The position numbers were made by a program, and so were the translations under genes. The notes beneath the pieces were generated by a model. The model ran no database searches and was not told where the DNA came from. It was given only the letters and a program-made list of their open reading frames with translations. A stretch of 33,013 nt of DNA from Alphaproteobacteria bacterium (GTDB lineage Bacteria > Pseudomonadota > Alphaproteobacteria > MPNO01 > UBA830). The stretch is taken from positions 1-33,013 of the forward strand of contig JAYQUR010000001.1 of the NCBI GenBank assembly GCA_038148075.1, written 5' to 3'. Below are positions 17,910-26,059 of the stretch, in pieces; position 1 is the stretch's first letter; each line of letters starts with the position of its first letter.

Positions 17910-18066
17910 GAGGATTCTCCCTTCCAAGAGACCTGTCGCGCGGCGACAGATCGGGCGCCTGTTTCCGTCCGTTACGAGCCTTTTTTGGTTTTTGTCGGCC
18001 CGCGTGAGCCGAACGCTAGCACAGCGTCCCGGATCGGCAAAGTTAGAATGCTAACGAATGCGCCGG

Positions 18067-18408
18067 CTATTCGGGCGCGGACTGTTTGTATTCGATCTCC
18101 AGAACGCGGACCTCTTCGGCGGAAATGTTGACGGCGTTATGCTCGATCGGGGCGGCCCATGACATCGCGCGGCCGTTTTCATAGGGCACTTCCCGCTCCG
18201 ATCCGTCGGCGCTCTGGAGCAGCAGGGCGCCGCCCGATTGCTGGATCGTCACGTAGTCCCATTCGTGGCGGTGCCAGCCCGTCTGGTCGCCCGGCGCGAA
18301 AACCCACTGGGTGATCCGGGTGCGGGCGTCTTCGTGCAGCAGGGTGTGCCGGGCGAGCGACGCGTCCGCGAGTTCCGCCGCGGTACGGGTGCGCAAATGT
18401 TCGGACAT
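18067..18408 (-). CDS. Small cupin-domain protein
   Basis: 113 aa, MSEHLRT..., with GGAGAG upstream of the ATG at 18408. It carries cupin motif 1 (PGDQTGWHRHEWDYV) and a second beta-barrel motif region (MSWAAPIEHNAVN). The track ORF is a 188-codon upstream extension overlapping ampG antisense. Confidence 0.75.
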   Translation of the reverse strand: MSEHLRTRTAAELADASLARHTLLHEDARTRITQWVFAPGDQTGWHRHEWDYVTIQQSGGALLLQSADGSEREVPYENGRAMSWAAPIEHNAVNISAEEVRVLEIEYKQSAPE

Positions 18409-18477
18409 CGTCGTCTCTCCGTTATCGGCGATCCGCGATTCTAGCCAACCTCGGCCTGCGGCGTCTAGAATCCGGCC

Positions 18478-19800
18478 ATGACACCCGGTAGCGCGGCCCC
18501 ATCGACGGCACCGTGGTCGGCGCGGCTTCGCGATCCGCGCTTTCGCACGATATTCCTGTTCGGCATGGCGAGCGGCCTGCCGTCGTCGCTGGTTTTCGCG
18601 ACGTTGTCGATCTGGCTGCGCGAAGAAGGCATCTCGCGCACCTCGATCGGCCTGTTCGGCGCCGTCGCGACGCCGTACGCCATCAATTTCCTGTGGGCGC
18701 CGCTTGTCGACCGGTTGCGTCTGCCGGTTCTCGGCCGGCGGCTCGGCCAGCGCCGGTCGTGGATCCTCCTGTGCCAGGTCCTGATCGTGCCCGCCGTCCT
18801 GCTGACGGGATTGCAGGATCCCGCCACATCGGCCGCGGCGCTGGCGGCGTGCGCGCTGGCGATGACCGTCCTGTCGGCGACGCAGGACGTGGCGATCGAC
18901 GCCTACCGCATCGAGATCCTGAAAGAGGACGAATACGGCGCCGGGGCTGCGGTGGCGATCTACGGCTGGCACACGGGCGCCTTCCTGACCGGCGCAGGCG
19001 CGCTCTATGTTGCAAGCGGCGGCGGCTGGGCGCTCGCCTATGCGGCGGCGGCGGGGGTTATCGGCCTGGTCGCGACGGCGGTTTTCTTCGCCCGCGAACC
19101 CGACCGCCCGCGGGAGCGCAAAGCGCCTGCGGCGAATGCCGCCGACTGGCTCCGCCGCGCCGCGGTCGATCCCCTCGTCGAGTTCTTCCGCCGATTGGGG
19201 TGGGTCGCCGTCCTCGTTCTCGCGGTGATCGTCTTCTACAAGTTCGGCGACGCCATGCTGGGGCGCATGTCGGGCGTCTTCTATGTCGATCTCGGTTTCT
19301 CGAAGCTCGATATCGCGAACTACACCAAGACCGTCGGGCTCGCCGCGACGTTGCTCGGCGTCGCCGTCGGCGGCTGGGTGACGGTGCGGCTTGGCGTGAT
19401 GCCGGCGATGTTCCTCGGCGCGTTCCTGATGGGGGCGACCAACCTGTCCTTCGCGCTGCTGGCGTACGCCGGGCGCGATTTTGAGCTGCTGGCGACGGTG
19501 GTGTTCTTCGACAATCTGACCGGCGGCATGGCGACGACGGCGTTCGTCGCCTACCTGTCGGGATTGTGCAACGTCGCCTTCACGGCGACTCAGTACGCGC
19601 TGCTCGCCTCGCTCGGCAATTTCGCGCGCATCCAGCTCGGCTCGGTGTCGGGCTGGGCGGTCGACGCGCTCGGCGGCGACTGGACGCTGTTCTTCGTCCT
19701 TGTCGGCGGCGCGTCGCTGCCGGCGATCGGGCTTCTGTGGCTGCTGGTCGCGCTGACGTCCCGGCTTCGTCGCTCCGCATCGGCCGAATTCGTTCCATGA
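18478..19800 (+). CDS. ampG: AmpG-family muropeptide/MFS permease
   Basis: LFGMASGLPSSLVFATLSIWLREEGISRTSIGLFGAVATPYAINFLWAPLVDR, RRSWILLCQ, and multiple TM segments match the AmpG signature. Confidence 0.9.
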   Translation: MTPGSAAPSTAPWSARLRDPRFRTIFLFGMASGLPSSLVFATLSIWLREEGISRTSIGLFGAVATPYAINFLWAPLVDRLRLPVLGRRLGQRRSWILLCQVLIVPAVLLTGLQDPATSAAALAACALAMTVLSATQDVAIDAYRIEILKEDEYGAGAAVAIYGWHTGAFLTGAGALYVASGGGWALAYAAAAGVIGLVATAVFFAREPDRPRERKAPAANAADWLRRAAVDPLVEFFRRLGWVAVLVLAVIVFYKFGDAMLGRMSGVFYVDLGFSKLDIANYTKTVGLAATLLGVAVGGWVTVRLGVMPAMFLGAFLMGATNLSFALLAYAGRDFELLATVVFFDNLTGGMATTAFVAYLSGLCNVAFTATQYALLASLGNFARIQLGSVSGWAVDALGGDWTLFFVLVGGASLPAIGLLWLLVALTSRLRRSASAEFVP

Positions 19801-20342
19801 CGGTCCCCGCGGACGGCCGTCTCCGTATCGTCGACGCCGACATCACGACGCTGGCGGTCGATGCAATCGTCAATGCGGCCAACGAATCGCTTCTCGGCGG
19901 CGGCGGCGTCGACGGGGCGATCCACCGCGCCGCCGGTCCCGACCTGCTGGCGGAATGCCGGACGCTCGGCGGCTGCGCGACCGGCGATGCAAAGATCACC
20001 CGCGGCTATAGGCTGCCGGCGAAGCGCGTCATCCATGCCGTCGGACCGGTCTGGCACGGCGGTGGGGCCGGCGAGGACGGACTGCTCGCGGGATGTTACC
20101 GACGGGCGCTGGAACTGGCCTCCGAACACTTCCTGCGGTCGGTCGCGTTCCCCGCCATCTCGACGGGGGTCTACCGGTTCCCCGCCGCCCGGGCGGCGCG
20201 CATAGCCGTCGGCACGGTGCGGTCGGAACTCGTCCGGCATCCGGATATAGAGGAAGTCGTATTCTGCTGTTTCGGCCCGGCGTCCGTCGCCGTGCACGAG
20301 GCGGCGCTTGCGGACGACGAAGAATCGAATCGGTCGGGTTGA
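19797..20342 (+). CDS. Macro-domain protein (O-acetyl-ADP-ribose deacetylase / ADP-ribose-binding, YmdB-like)
   Basis: RIVDADITTLAVDAIVNAANESLLGGGGVDGAIHRAAG ... VIHAVGPVW ... SVAFPAISTGVYRFP is the canonical macrodomain. Its ATG overlaps the ampG stop (ATGA at 19797-19800). Confidence 0.9.
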   Translation: MTVPADGRLRIVDADITTLAVDAIVNAANESLLGGGGVDGAIHRAAGPDLLAECRTLGGCATGDAKITRGYRLPAKRVIHAVGPVWHGGGAGEDGLLAGCYRRALELASEHFLRSVAFPAISTGVYRFPAARAARIAVGTVRSELVRHPDIEEVVFCCFGPASVAVHEAALADDEESNRSG

Positions 20343-20401
20343 ACCGCGAAGGATTGTGTGGACATTTAGACGAACGCTCCGCGTTTGAGGAAGGAATTCC
20401 C

Positions 20402-21082
20402 GTGGTTCTCAAGAATCCTCTCATGCAGTTGTTCGGCCAATCGCCGTTCAAGCCGCTCCAGGAACATTTCCGAATAGTGCTTCAGTGCGCGAACGAAGTA
20501 CCCGGCCTGCTGAGCGCGGCGCAGTCCGGCGATGCGGCCCAGATCGCGGAGATCCGGGACAGGATTTTCGCGCAGGAGAGCGAAGCGGACGCGGTCAAGA
20601 ACGAGCTCCGGTCGCATCTTCCCAAGACCATGTTTCTTCCCGTCGACCGCCGGGAGCTTCTGGTTATCCTCGACATGCAGGATTCCATCGCCGACACGGC
20701 GCAGGATATTGCGGGCATGATGGTGGTCCGCGACATGCGCCTTCCCCCGAACGTCCATGAACCGGTGATGGCGTTGACCAGGCGCTGCGTGGATGCGTGC
20801 AACCAGCTCGGCATGATCATGGAAGAGCTGGACGAACTCGTCGGGACCGGGTTCCGGGGGCCGGAAGCGGACAAGGTCATGTACATGATCGACGAGCTCA
20901 ACAAGATCGAAACGGACACCGATGTGCACGCGGTAAACCTGATGAGGGTGCTGTTCGCGAACGAGAACGAAATCGGCGCCGTGTCGACCGTCATGTGGGA
21001 CCGTGTCATCCACTGGATCGGCGACCTGGCCAATTTCGCGGAACGGGCCGGCAACCGGCATCGCCTGCTGCTCGCGCGCTGA
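20402..21082 (+). CDS. DUF47 / TIGR00153 PhoU-like protein (Pit accessory protein)
   Basis: LFGQSPFKPLQEHFRIV..., E.EADAVKNELR, LPVDRRELLVILDMQDSIAD.AQDIA and a second helical repeat match the DUF47 family that normally precedes pit. A GTG at 20402 follows GAGGAAGGA; an ATG at 20423 is the alternative start. Confidence 0.85.
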   Translation: MVLKNPLMQLFGQSPFKPLQEHFRIVLQCANEVPGLLSAAQSGDAAQIAEIRDRIFAQESEADAVKNELRSHLPKTMFLPVDRRELLVILDMQDSIADTAQDIAGMMVVRDMRLPPNVHEPVMALTRRCVDACNQLGMIMEELDELVGTGFRGPEADKVMYMIDELNKIETDTDVHAVNLMRVLFANENEIGAVSTVMWDRVIHWIGDLANFAERAGNRHRLLLAR

Positions 21083-21128
21083 GGACGTTCGCCATCTTTC
21101 CTGTGAAACCTTCATCCGGGCCGGTTGA

Positions 21129-22394
21129 ATGAACGTCATCGCCGAGTTCGGCCCAATGCTCCTGATTCTCGGAGTGGCGTTCGGGGTCTTCATGACGTGG
21201 GGGATCGGCGCCAACGACGTCGCGAATGCGCTCGGGACCTCCGTCGGGTCGGGCGCGCTGACCGTCAAGACGGCCATCATCGTTGCGGCCGTCTTCGAAT
21301 TCGCGGGCGCGAGTCTCGCAGGCGGCAGCGTGACCAGTACGATCCGCAAAGGGATCGTCGATCCGGCACAGGTCGCCGACCGGCCGGAGTTGCTCGTTTT
21401 CGGCATGCTGGCGGCGTTGCTGGCGGCGGGCTGCTGGCTCGCCCTGGCATCGATGCGCGGATGGCCCGTTTCGACGACGCATTCCATCGTCGGCGCGATC
21501 GTTGGCTTCGCGGTCGCCGGCATCGGCGTCGATGCTGTAAGCTGGGGCAAGATCGGACAGATCGCCGCAAGCTGGATCGTCTCGCCTGCCCTGGGAGGCG
21601 GAATCGCCTTTCTGCTCATGATGAGCATCCAGAAGCTCATCATGAACTCGCCAACGCCGTTCGCGAGCGCGGTGCGTTATGCGCCCTACTATCTTTTCCT
21701 TGTCGGGTTCGTGATTTCGCTGGTGACGATTTTCAAGGGTTTGAAGCACCTCGACGTCGATCTCGACGGTTTCGAAAGTGCCGGCGTCGCGGCTTTGATC
21801 GGCATCGCGGTTGCGTTTATCGGGCGTCGTGCGGTCAAGCGTGTCGTGGTGACGGACCCGATCGATTCGTCCGAAAGGTTTGCCGGCGTGGAGCGGGTGT
21901 TCGCGCCGATGATCGTCTTTACCGCCTGTGCGATGGCGTTTGCACACGGCTCCAACGATGTCGCCAATGGCGTCGGCCCGCTTGCGGCGATCTACGGGCT
22001 GATCGAGACCGGCGGCGAGGTTACGCAGAAACTTGCGATGCCGTTCTGGATACTGGCGCTCGGCGGTGCCGGCATTGTGCTCGGTCTCGCAACCTACGGC
22101 TATCGCGTGATGCAGACGATCGGCCGGCGGATTACGGCGCTGACGCCAACAAGCGGCTTCTGCGCCACGGTTGCGGCGGCGATTACCGTCGTCCTGGCGT
22201 CGCGGACGGCAATGCCGGTCTCGACGACGCACATTGCGGTCGGCGCGGTGATGGGGGTCGGAATGGCGCGGGGCATCGCCGCCCTCAATCTGCGGGTGAT
22301 CGGCAGCATCGTCGTTTCCTGGGTGGTGACGCTACCTGCGGGCGGGGTTCTCGCAGCGGCCTTCTACTTTATGCTCAAGGGAATGTTCACCTAG
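21129..22394 (+). CDS. pit: Inorganic phosphate transporter, PiT (PHO4) family
   Basis: GANDVANALGTSVGSGAL occurs at the N-terminus and the repeated GSNDVANGVGPLAA in the second half. About 10 TM segments. Confidence 0.95.
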   Translation: MNVIAEFGPMLLILGVAFGVFMTWGIGANDVANALGTSVGSGALTVKTAIIVAAVFEFAGASLAGGSVTSTIRKGIVDPAQVADRPELLVFGMLAALLAAGCWLALASMRGWPVSTTHSIVGAIVGFAVAGIGVDAVSWGKIGQIAASWIVSPALGGGIAFLLMMSIQKLIMNSPTPFASAVRYAPYYLFLVGFVISLVTIFKGLKHLDVDLDGFESAGVAALIGIAVAFIGRRAVKRVVVTDPIDSSERFAGVERVFAPMIVFTACAMAFAHGSNDVANGVGPLAAIYGLIETGGEVTQKLAMPFWILALGGAGIVLGLATYGYRVMQTIGRRITALTPTSGFCATVAAAITVVLASRTAMPVSTTHIAVGAVMGVGMARGIAALNLRVIGSIVVSWVVTLPAGGVLAAAFYFMLKGMFT

Positions 22395-22417
22395 AGCGGG
22401 GAGGCGCGTCGCCGGTC

Positions 22418-23115
22418 CTACATCTCCGCCGCTTCCGCATCCAGCGCATAACCGGCGGAACGAACCGTGCGGATGACGTCCCTGTCGCCCTCTCCGTTCA
22501 GCGCTTTCCGAAGCCGCCTGATATGGACGTCGACGGTACGGGCATCGATATAGATGCCGTGCCCCCAGACCGAGTCGATGAGCTGGTCCCTGGAAAGACG
22601 CGGCCGGGATGTTCCATGAAGTGGCGGAGCAGCCGGAACTCGGTGGGCCCCAGGGCTACGGGCCTGGTTCCCCGCGCGACCTTGTGCTCGGCGAGGTTCA
22701 TCTCGATGTCGTCGTAGGCCAGACGCTCTTCCGCGATCGCCGGGCGCGAACGCCGCATTACCGCATTGATGCGGGCGATAAGCTCTTCGGGCGCGAAAGG
22801 TTTGGTGACGTAGTCGTCGGCGCCGGTCTCCAGTCCGCGCACCCGGTCCGACTGTTCGCCGCGGGCGGTCAGCATGATGACCGGCAGGTTCCGCGATTCC
22901 GGCTTGCGCCGCAGCTGACGGCAAACCTCGATGCCGGACATGTGCGGCAACATCCAGTCGAGCAGCATCAGGTCGATGCGGCGCTCGTCGACGATCAGGA
23001 GCGCCTCTTCGCCGCTCGCCGTGGCGACGACCTCGAATCCCTCGCGCTCCAGGTTGTAACGGAGCAGTTCGACGAGCGCGGCCTCGTCCTCGACGACGAG
23101 TATGACGGGCGTCAC
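22418..23115 (-). pseudogene. phoB: Phosphate regulon response regulator PhoB, interrupted by a 1-nt frameshift in this sequence
   Basis: The receiver domain and the start of the winged helix (VTPVILVVEDE...DLMLLDWMLP...VIMLTARGE...DDYVTKPF...LGPTEFRLLRHFMEHPGRVF) are in one frame. The rest (SRDQLIDSVWGHGIYIDARTVDVHIRRLRKAL...IRTVRSAGYAL) is in the -1 frame. The switch lies at about 22592-22597 (GTCTTTCCAGG on the coding strand). The total length is 698 nt, one short of a multiple of 3. The GTG start overlaps the phoU stop (GTGA). Confidence 0.85.
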
Positions 23116-23876
23116 TTCTCGTCCTCCTCCGCCTTCGGCCCGGCACGTTCCGCGAACGATAGAGACAGGTTCTCCACGTCCGGACCGCCCTTCGGCCGCG
23201 ATTCGCGCATGCGGTCGCCATGCACGAGGAAATAGATCGTTTCGGCGATGTTCGTGACGTGATCGCCGATTCGCTCGATGTTCTTGGCGATGAACAGAAG
23301 ATGGGTGCATATCGAGATCGAGCGCGGATCCTCGATCATGTAGGTCAGCGCCTCGCGGAACAGGCTGGTGTACATGATGTCGAGCGTCTCGTCGGCATGC
23401 CAGACCGTGACCGCCTTCTCGACGTCGCGCGCAATATACGCATCGATCACGTCTTTCAGCATCTGCTGGGCCTGGCGGCTCATGCGCGGAATAGAATGAA
23501 CCGGCGCGACCGGCGCCGCGCTGGACAGCGTGATCGCGCGCTTCGAGATGTTCGCGGCGTAGTCGGCGATCCGTTCGAGATCGGCCGATATCTTGAGCGC
23601 CGCCACGATATGTCGGAGGTCGAGCGCCATCGGCTGACGCAGGGCGAGAAGCCGCGTCGTCTGGATGTCGATCTGGTAATTGAGATCGTCGACGAGCTCG
23701 TCGTCGGCGACGACCCTCACCGCGAGTTCGGGGTCGCGCTTGACGACGGATTCGATCGAACGCGCGATCTGCGTTTCGGTCAGCCCGCCCATCTTGATGA
23801 TGTCGTTGTTAAGGTGCTCCAGCTCCTCGTCGTAGGATTTGACGATGTGCCCGCCGGAAGTCTGTTTCGTGGCCAT
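23112..23876 (-). CDS. phoU: Phosphate signalling complex protein PhoU
   Basis: 254 aa beginning MATKQTSGGHIVKSYDEELEHL. It contains two PhoU repeats with the E(R)IADYA and ERIGDHVTNIAE motifs, and GAGGAG upstream of the ATG. Confidence 0.95.
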   Translation of the reverse strand: MATKQTSGGHIVKSYDEELEHLNNDIIKMGGLTETQIARSIESVVKRDPELAVRVVADDELVDDLNYQIDIQTTRLLALRQPMALDLRHIVAALKISADLERIADYAANISKRAITLSSAAPVAPVHSIPRMSRQAQQMLKDVIDAYIARDVEKAVTVWHADETLDIMYTSLFREALTYMIEDPRSISICTHLLFIAKNIERIGDHVTNIAETIYFLVHGDRMRESRPKGGPDVENLSLSFAERAGPKAEEDEK

Positions 23877-23899
23877 GTTCGCTCCTCGAGACGAATGTC

Positions 23900-24715
23900 T
23901 CAGCCGTATCGGCCGGTAATGTACCCCTGCGTCCGTTCGTCGTGGGGGTTGGTGAACATCTGCTCGGTGTCGCCGACTTCGACGAGATTGCCGAGATGGA
24001 AAAACGCCGTGCGCTGCGAGACGCGCGCGGCCTGCTGCATCGAGTGGGTGACGATGACGATCGTATAGCGCTCGCGCAGGTTTTCGATCAGTTCCTCGAT
24101 GCGCGCCGTCGCGATCGGATCCAGCGCCGAGCACGGCTCGTCCATCAGGATGACGTCCGGGCTGACGGCGATCGCGCGCGCGATGCACAGGCGCTGCTGC
24201 TGGCCGCCCGAAAGGCCGGTGCCCGGCTCGTTCAGCCGGTCGATCACCTCGTTCAGCAGGCCGGCCTTCTCCAGGCTTGTCATGACGATTTCGTCGACCT
24301 CCGCCTTGTCGGCGCACAGGCCGTGGATACGGGGGCCGTAGGCGACGTTGTCGTAAATCGACTTGGGGAACGGGTTCGGTTTCTGGAACACCATGCCCAC
24401 CCGCGCTCGCAATTGCACGACGTCGAGCGTCGGATCGTAGATGTCCATGCTGTCCATCAGGATGGTGCCGCGGACGCGGCATCCCTCGATCACGTCGTTC
24501 ATCCGGTTGATGCAGCGCAGGAAGGTCGACTTGCCGCAGCCCGACGGGCCGATCAGCGCGGTGACCTGGTTTTCGGGTATCTCCAGATCGACGCCGAACA
24601 GCGCCTGCTTGTCGCCGTAGAACACGTCTACGCCGCGCGCCGAGATTTTCGCGGCATCCGTGCCGGTCGCGGCTGTTTCCGCCGTTCCGGGTTCAGTTTC
24701 GACCGTTGCGTCCAT
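23900..24715 (-). CDS. pstB: Phosphate ABC transporter ATP-binding protein PstB
   Basis: Walker [10 protein letters not shown], PstB-typical [13 protein letters not shown] signature [14 protein letters not shown] and Walker [13 protein letters not shown]. Confidence 0.97.
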   Translation of the reverse strand: MDATVETEPGTAETAATGTDAAKISARGVDVFYGDKQALFGVDLEIPENQVTALIGPSGCGKSTFLRCINRMNDVIEGCRVRGTILMDSMDIYDPTLDVVQLRARVGMVFQKPNPFPKSIYDNVAYGPRIHGLCADKAEVDEIVMTSLEKAGLLNEVIDRLNEPGTGLSGGQQQRLCIARAIAVSPDVILMDEPCSALDPIATARIEELIENLRERYTIVIVTHSMQQAARVSQRTAFFHLGNLVEVGDTEQMFTNPHDERTQGYITGRYG

Positions 24716-24739
24716 ATCCCACCTTCTTGGTCATCTATC

Positions 24740-26059
24740 CTACCAGCGCCGTTCGAATTTCTTGCGCAGCAGGATGGCGATCGCGTTCATCGCGATAAGG
24801 AAACCCAGCAGCACAAGAATCGCGGCGCTTGTCCGCTCGACGAACGCCCGCTCCGGCAGGTCGCTCCACAGGAAGATCTGAACCGGCAGCACCGTCGATG
24901 CGCTCATCGGGCCTTCCGGAATATCCACGATGAACGCCACCATACCGATCATGAGAAGCGGCGCCGTTTCGCCGAGCGCGCGCGCCATGCCGATGATCGT
25001 ACCGGTCAGGATGCCCGGCAGCGCCAGCGGCAACACGTGATGCAGCACCGTCTGCTGGCGCGAGGCGCCCACGCCGAGCGCCGCCTCGCGGATCGACGGC
25101 GGCACCGCGCTGAGTGCCGCCCGCGTCGCGATGATGATTGTCGGCAGCGTCATGAGCGCCAGCACCATGCCGCCCGCCATCGGCGCGGATCGCGGCAGCC
25201 CGAAGAAGTTCAGGAAGACGGCGAGGCCGAGGAGGCCGAACACGATGGAAGGAACCGCCGCGAGGTTGTTGATGTTCACCTCGATCAGGTCGGTCCATCG
25301 GTTCTTCGGCGCGAACTCCTGCAGATAGATCGCCGCGGCGACGCCGATCGGGAAGCTGAGCAGCAGGGTCACGAGCATTGTCCAGAACGAGCCGACGATG
25401 GCGCCCCAGATGCCGGCGAGCTCCGGTTCGCGCGACGTACCCGAGGAGAAGAACGACCAGTTGAACTGCTTCTCGAGCGCGCCGGCGCTCCTGAGGGTGT
25501 TGAACCAGGCGATTTCCTTGTCCTTGAAGGGACGCTCGGATTCCGGCTTGTTCGGGTCGTAGGCGCCTTTGGCGAATTGATCGACCTCATCGGCGGCGAC
25601 CAGCCAGACCTTCTGGCGGGTGCCGATAATCGACGGATTCGACAGGACCATGTCGCGGAGCTGGAGGTCGGCGCCAGAGCTGATCAGGCGCGTCAGGTCG
25701 CGCCGGTCGCGCCGGTTGCGCACCTCCGGGAATGCCTCGCGGATCGCCGATTTGTACAGACCGGCATAGTCGGCGCGTTTCAGCGTTTTCTCGTCGCGCG
25801 TCCCCTCGGGGTCGATCGTCGACGCATCGAAATTTATCTCGAGCTGGATGTGCGTCTGGACGAACGCCTGATAGCCCGACGCGGTGATGCTCGCGAGCAG
25901 CCAGATCAACGCGGCGATGGCGAGGCAGATCGCGACCAGCCCGTACAGGCGGAAGCGCTTGTCTGCCGCATAGCGGCGCCTCATCCGGGTGTCGGAGTCT
26001 CGTTTCTTCACGGTTCTGCCGCCCGTCGGGAGCGCTGCGGATTTCGATATGTCAGTCAT
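24740..26059 (-). CDS. pstA: Phosphate ABC transporter permease PstA (long alphaproteobacterial form)
   Basis: The start is the ATG at 26059 (MTDISKSAALP...), overlapping the pstC end by 8 nt. An N-terminal TM segment and a periplasmic extension precede the permease core with the EAA-like motif REAALGVGASRQQTVLHHVLPLALPGI. Confidence 0.92.
   Translation of the reverse strand: MTDISKSAALPTGGRTVKKRDSDTRMRRRYAADKRFRLYGLVAICLAIAALIWLLASITASGYQAFVQTHIQLEINFDASTIDPEGTRDEKTLKRADYAGLYKSAIREAFPEVRNRRDRRDLTRLISSGADLQLRDMVLSNPSIIGTRQKVWLVAADEVDQFAKGAYDPNKPESERPFKDKEIAWFNTLRSAGALEKQFNWSFFSSGTSREPELAGIWGAIVGSFWTMLVTLLLSFPIGVAAAIYLQEFAPKNRWTDLIEVNINNLAAVPSIVFGLLGLAVFLNFFGLPRSAPMAGGMVLALMTLPTIIIATRAALSAVPPSIREAALGVGASRQQTVLHHVLPLALPGILTGTIIGMARALGETAPLLMIGMVAFIVDIPEGPMSASTVLPVQIFLWSDLPERAFVERTSAAILVLLGFLIAMNAIAILLRKKFERRW

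Noticed and set aside
1121-22417. Very short gaps at the four convergent gene ends: hslU/SGNH 13 nt, fxsA/lipoprotein 15 nt, typA/hydrolase 10 nt, pit/phoB 23 nt.
   Set aside because: This was noted as genome compaction. I found no shared hairpin or repeat at these junctions, so only the pit/phoB case is carried into a finding.
22585-22600. Possibility that the phoB frame change is a programmed ribosomal frameshift.
   Set aside because: The site (C GUC UUU CCA GGG) is not an X XXY YYZ slippery heptamer, no obvious downstream stimulatory structure was seen, and PhoB is not known to be recoded. A 1-nt deletion or a sequencing error is the simpler explanation.
20366-22717. ORFs 20366-21643 (-), 21006-22232 (-) and 21125-22717 (+, 530 aa) around DUF47/pit.
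   Set aside because: They are antisense to or in an alternative frame of the PiT transporter and the DUF47 gene. The PiT frame alone carries the duplicated GANDVAN/GSNDVAN motifs.
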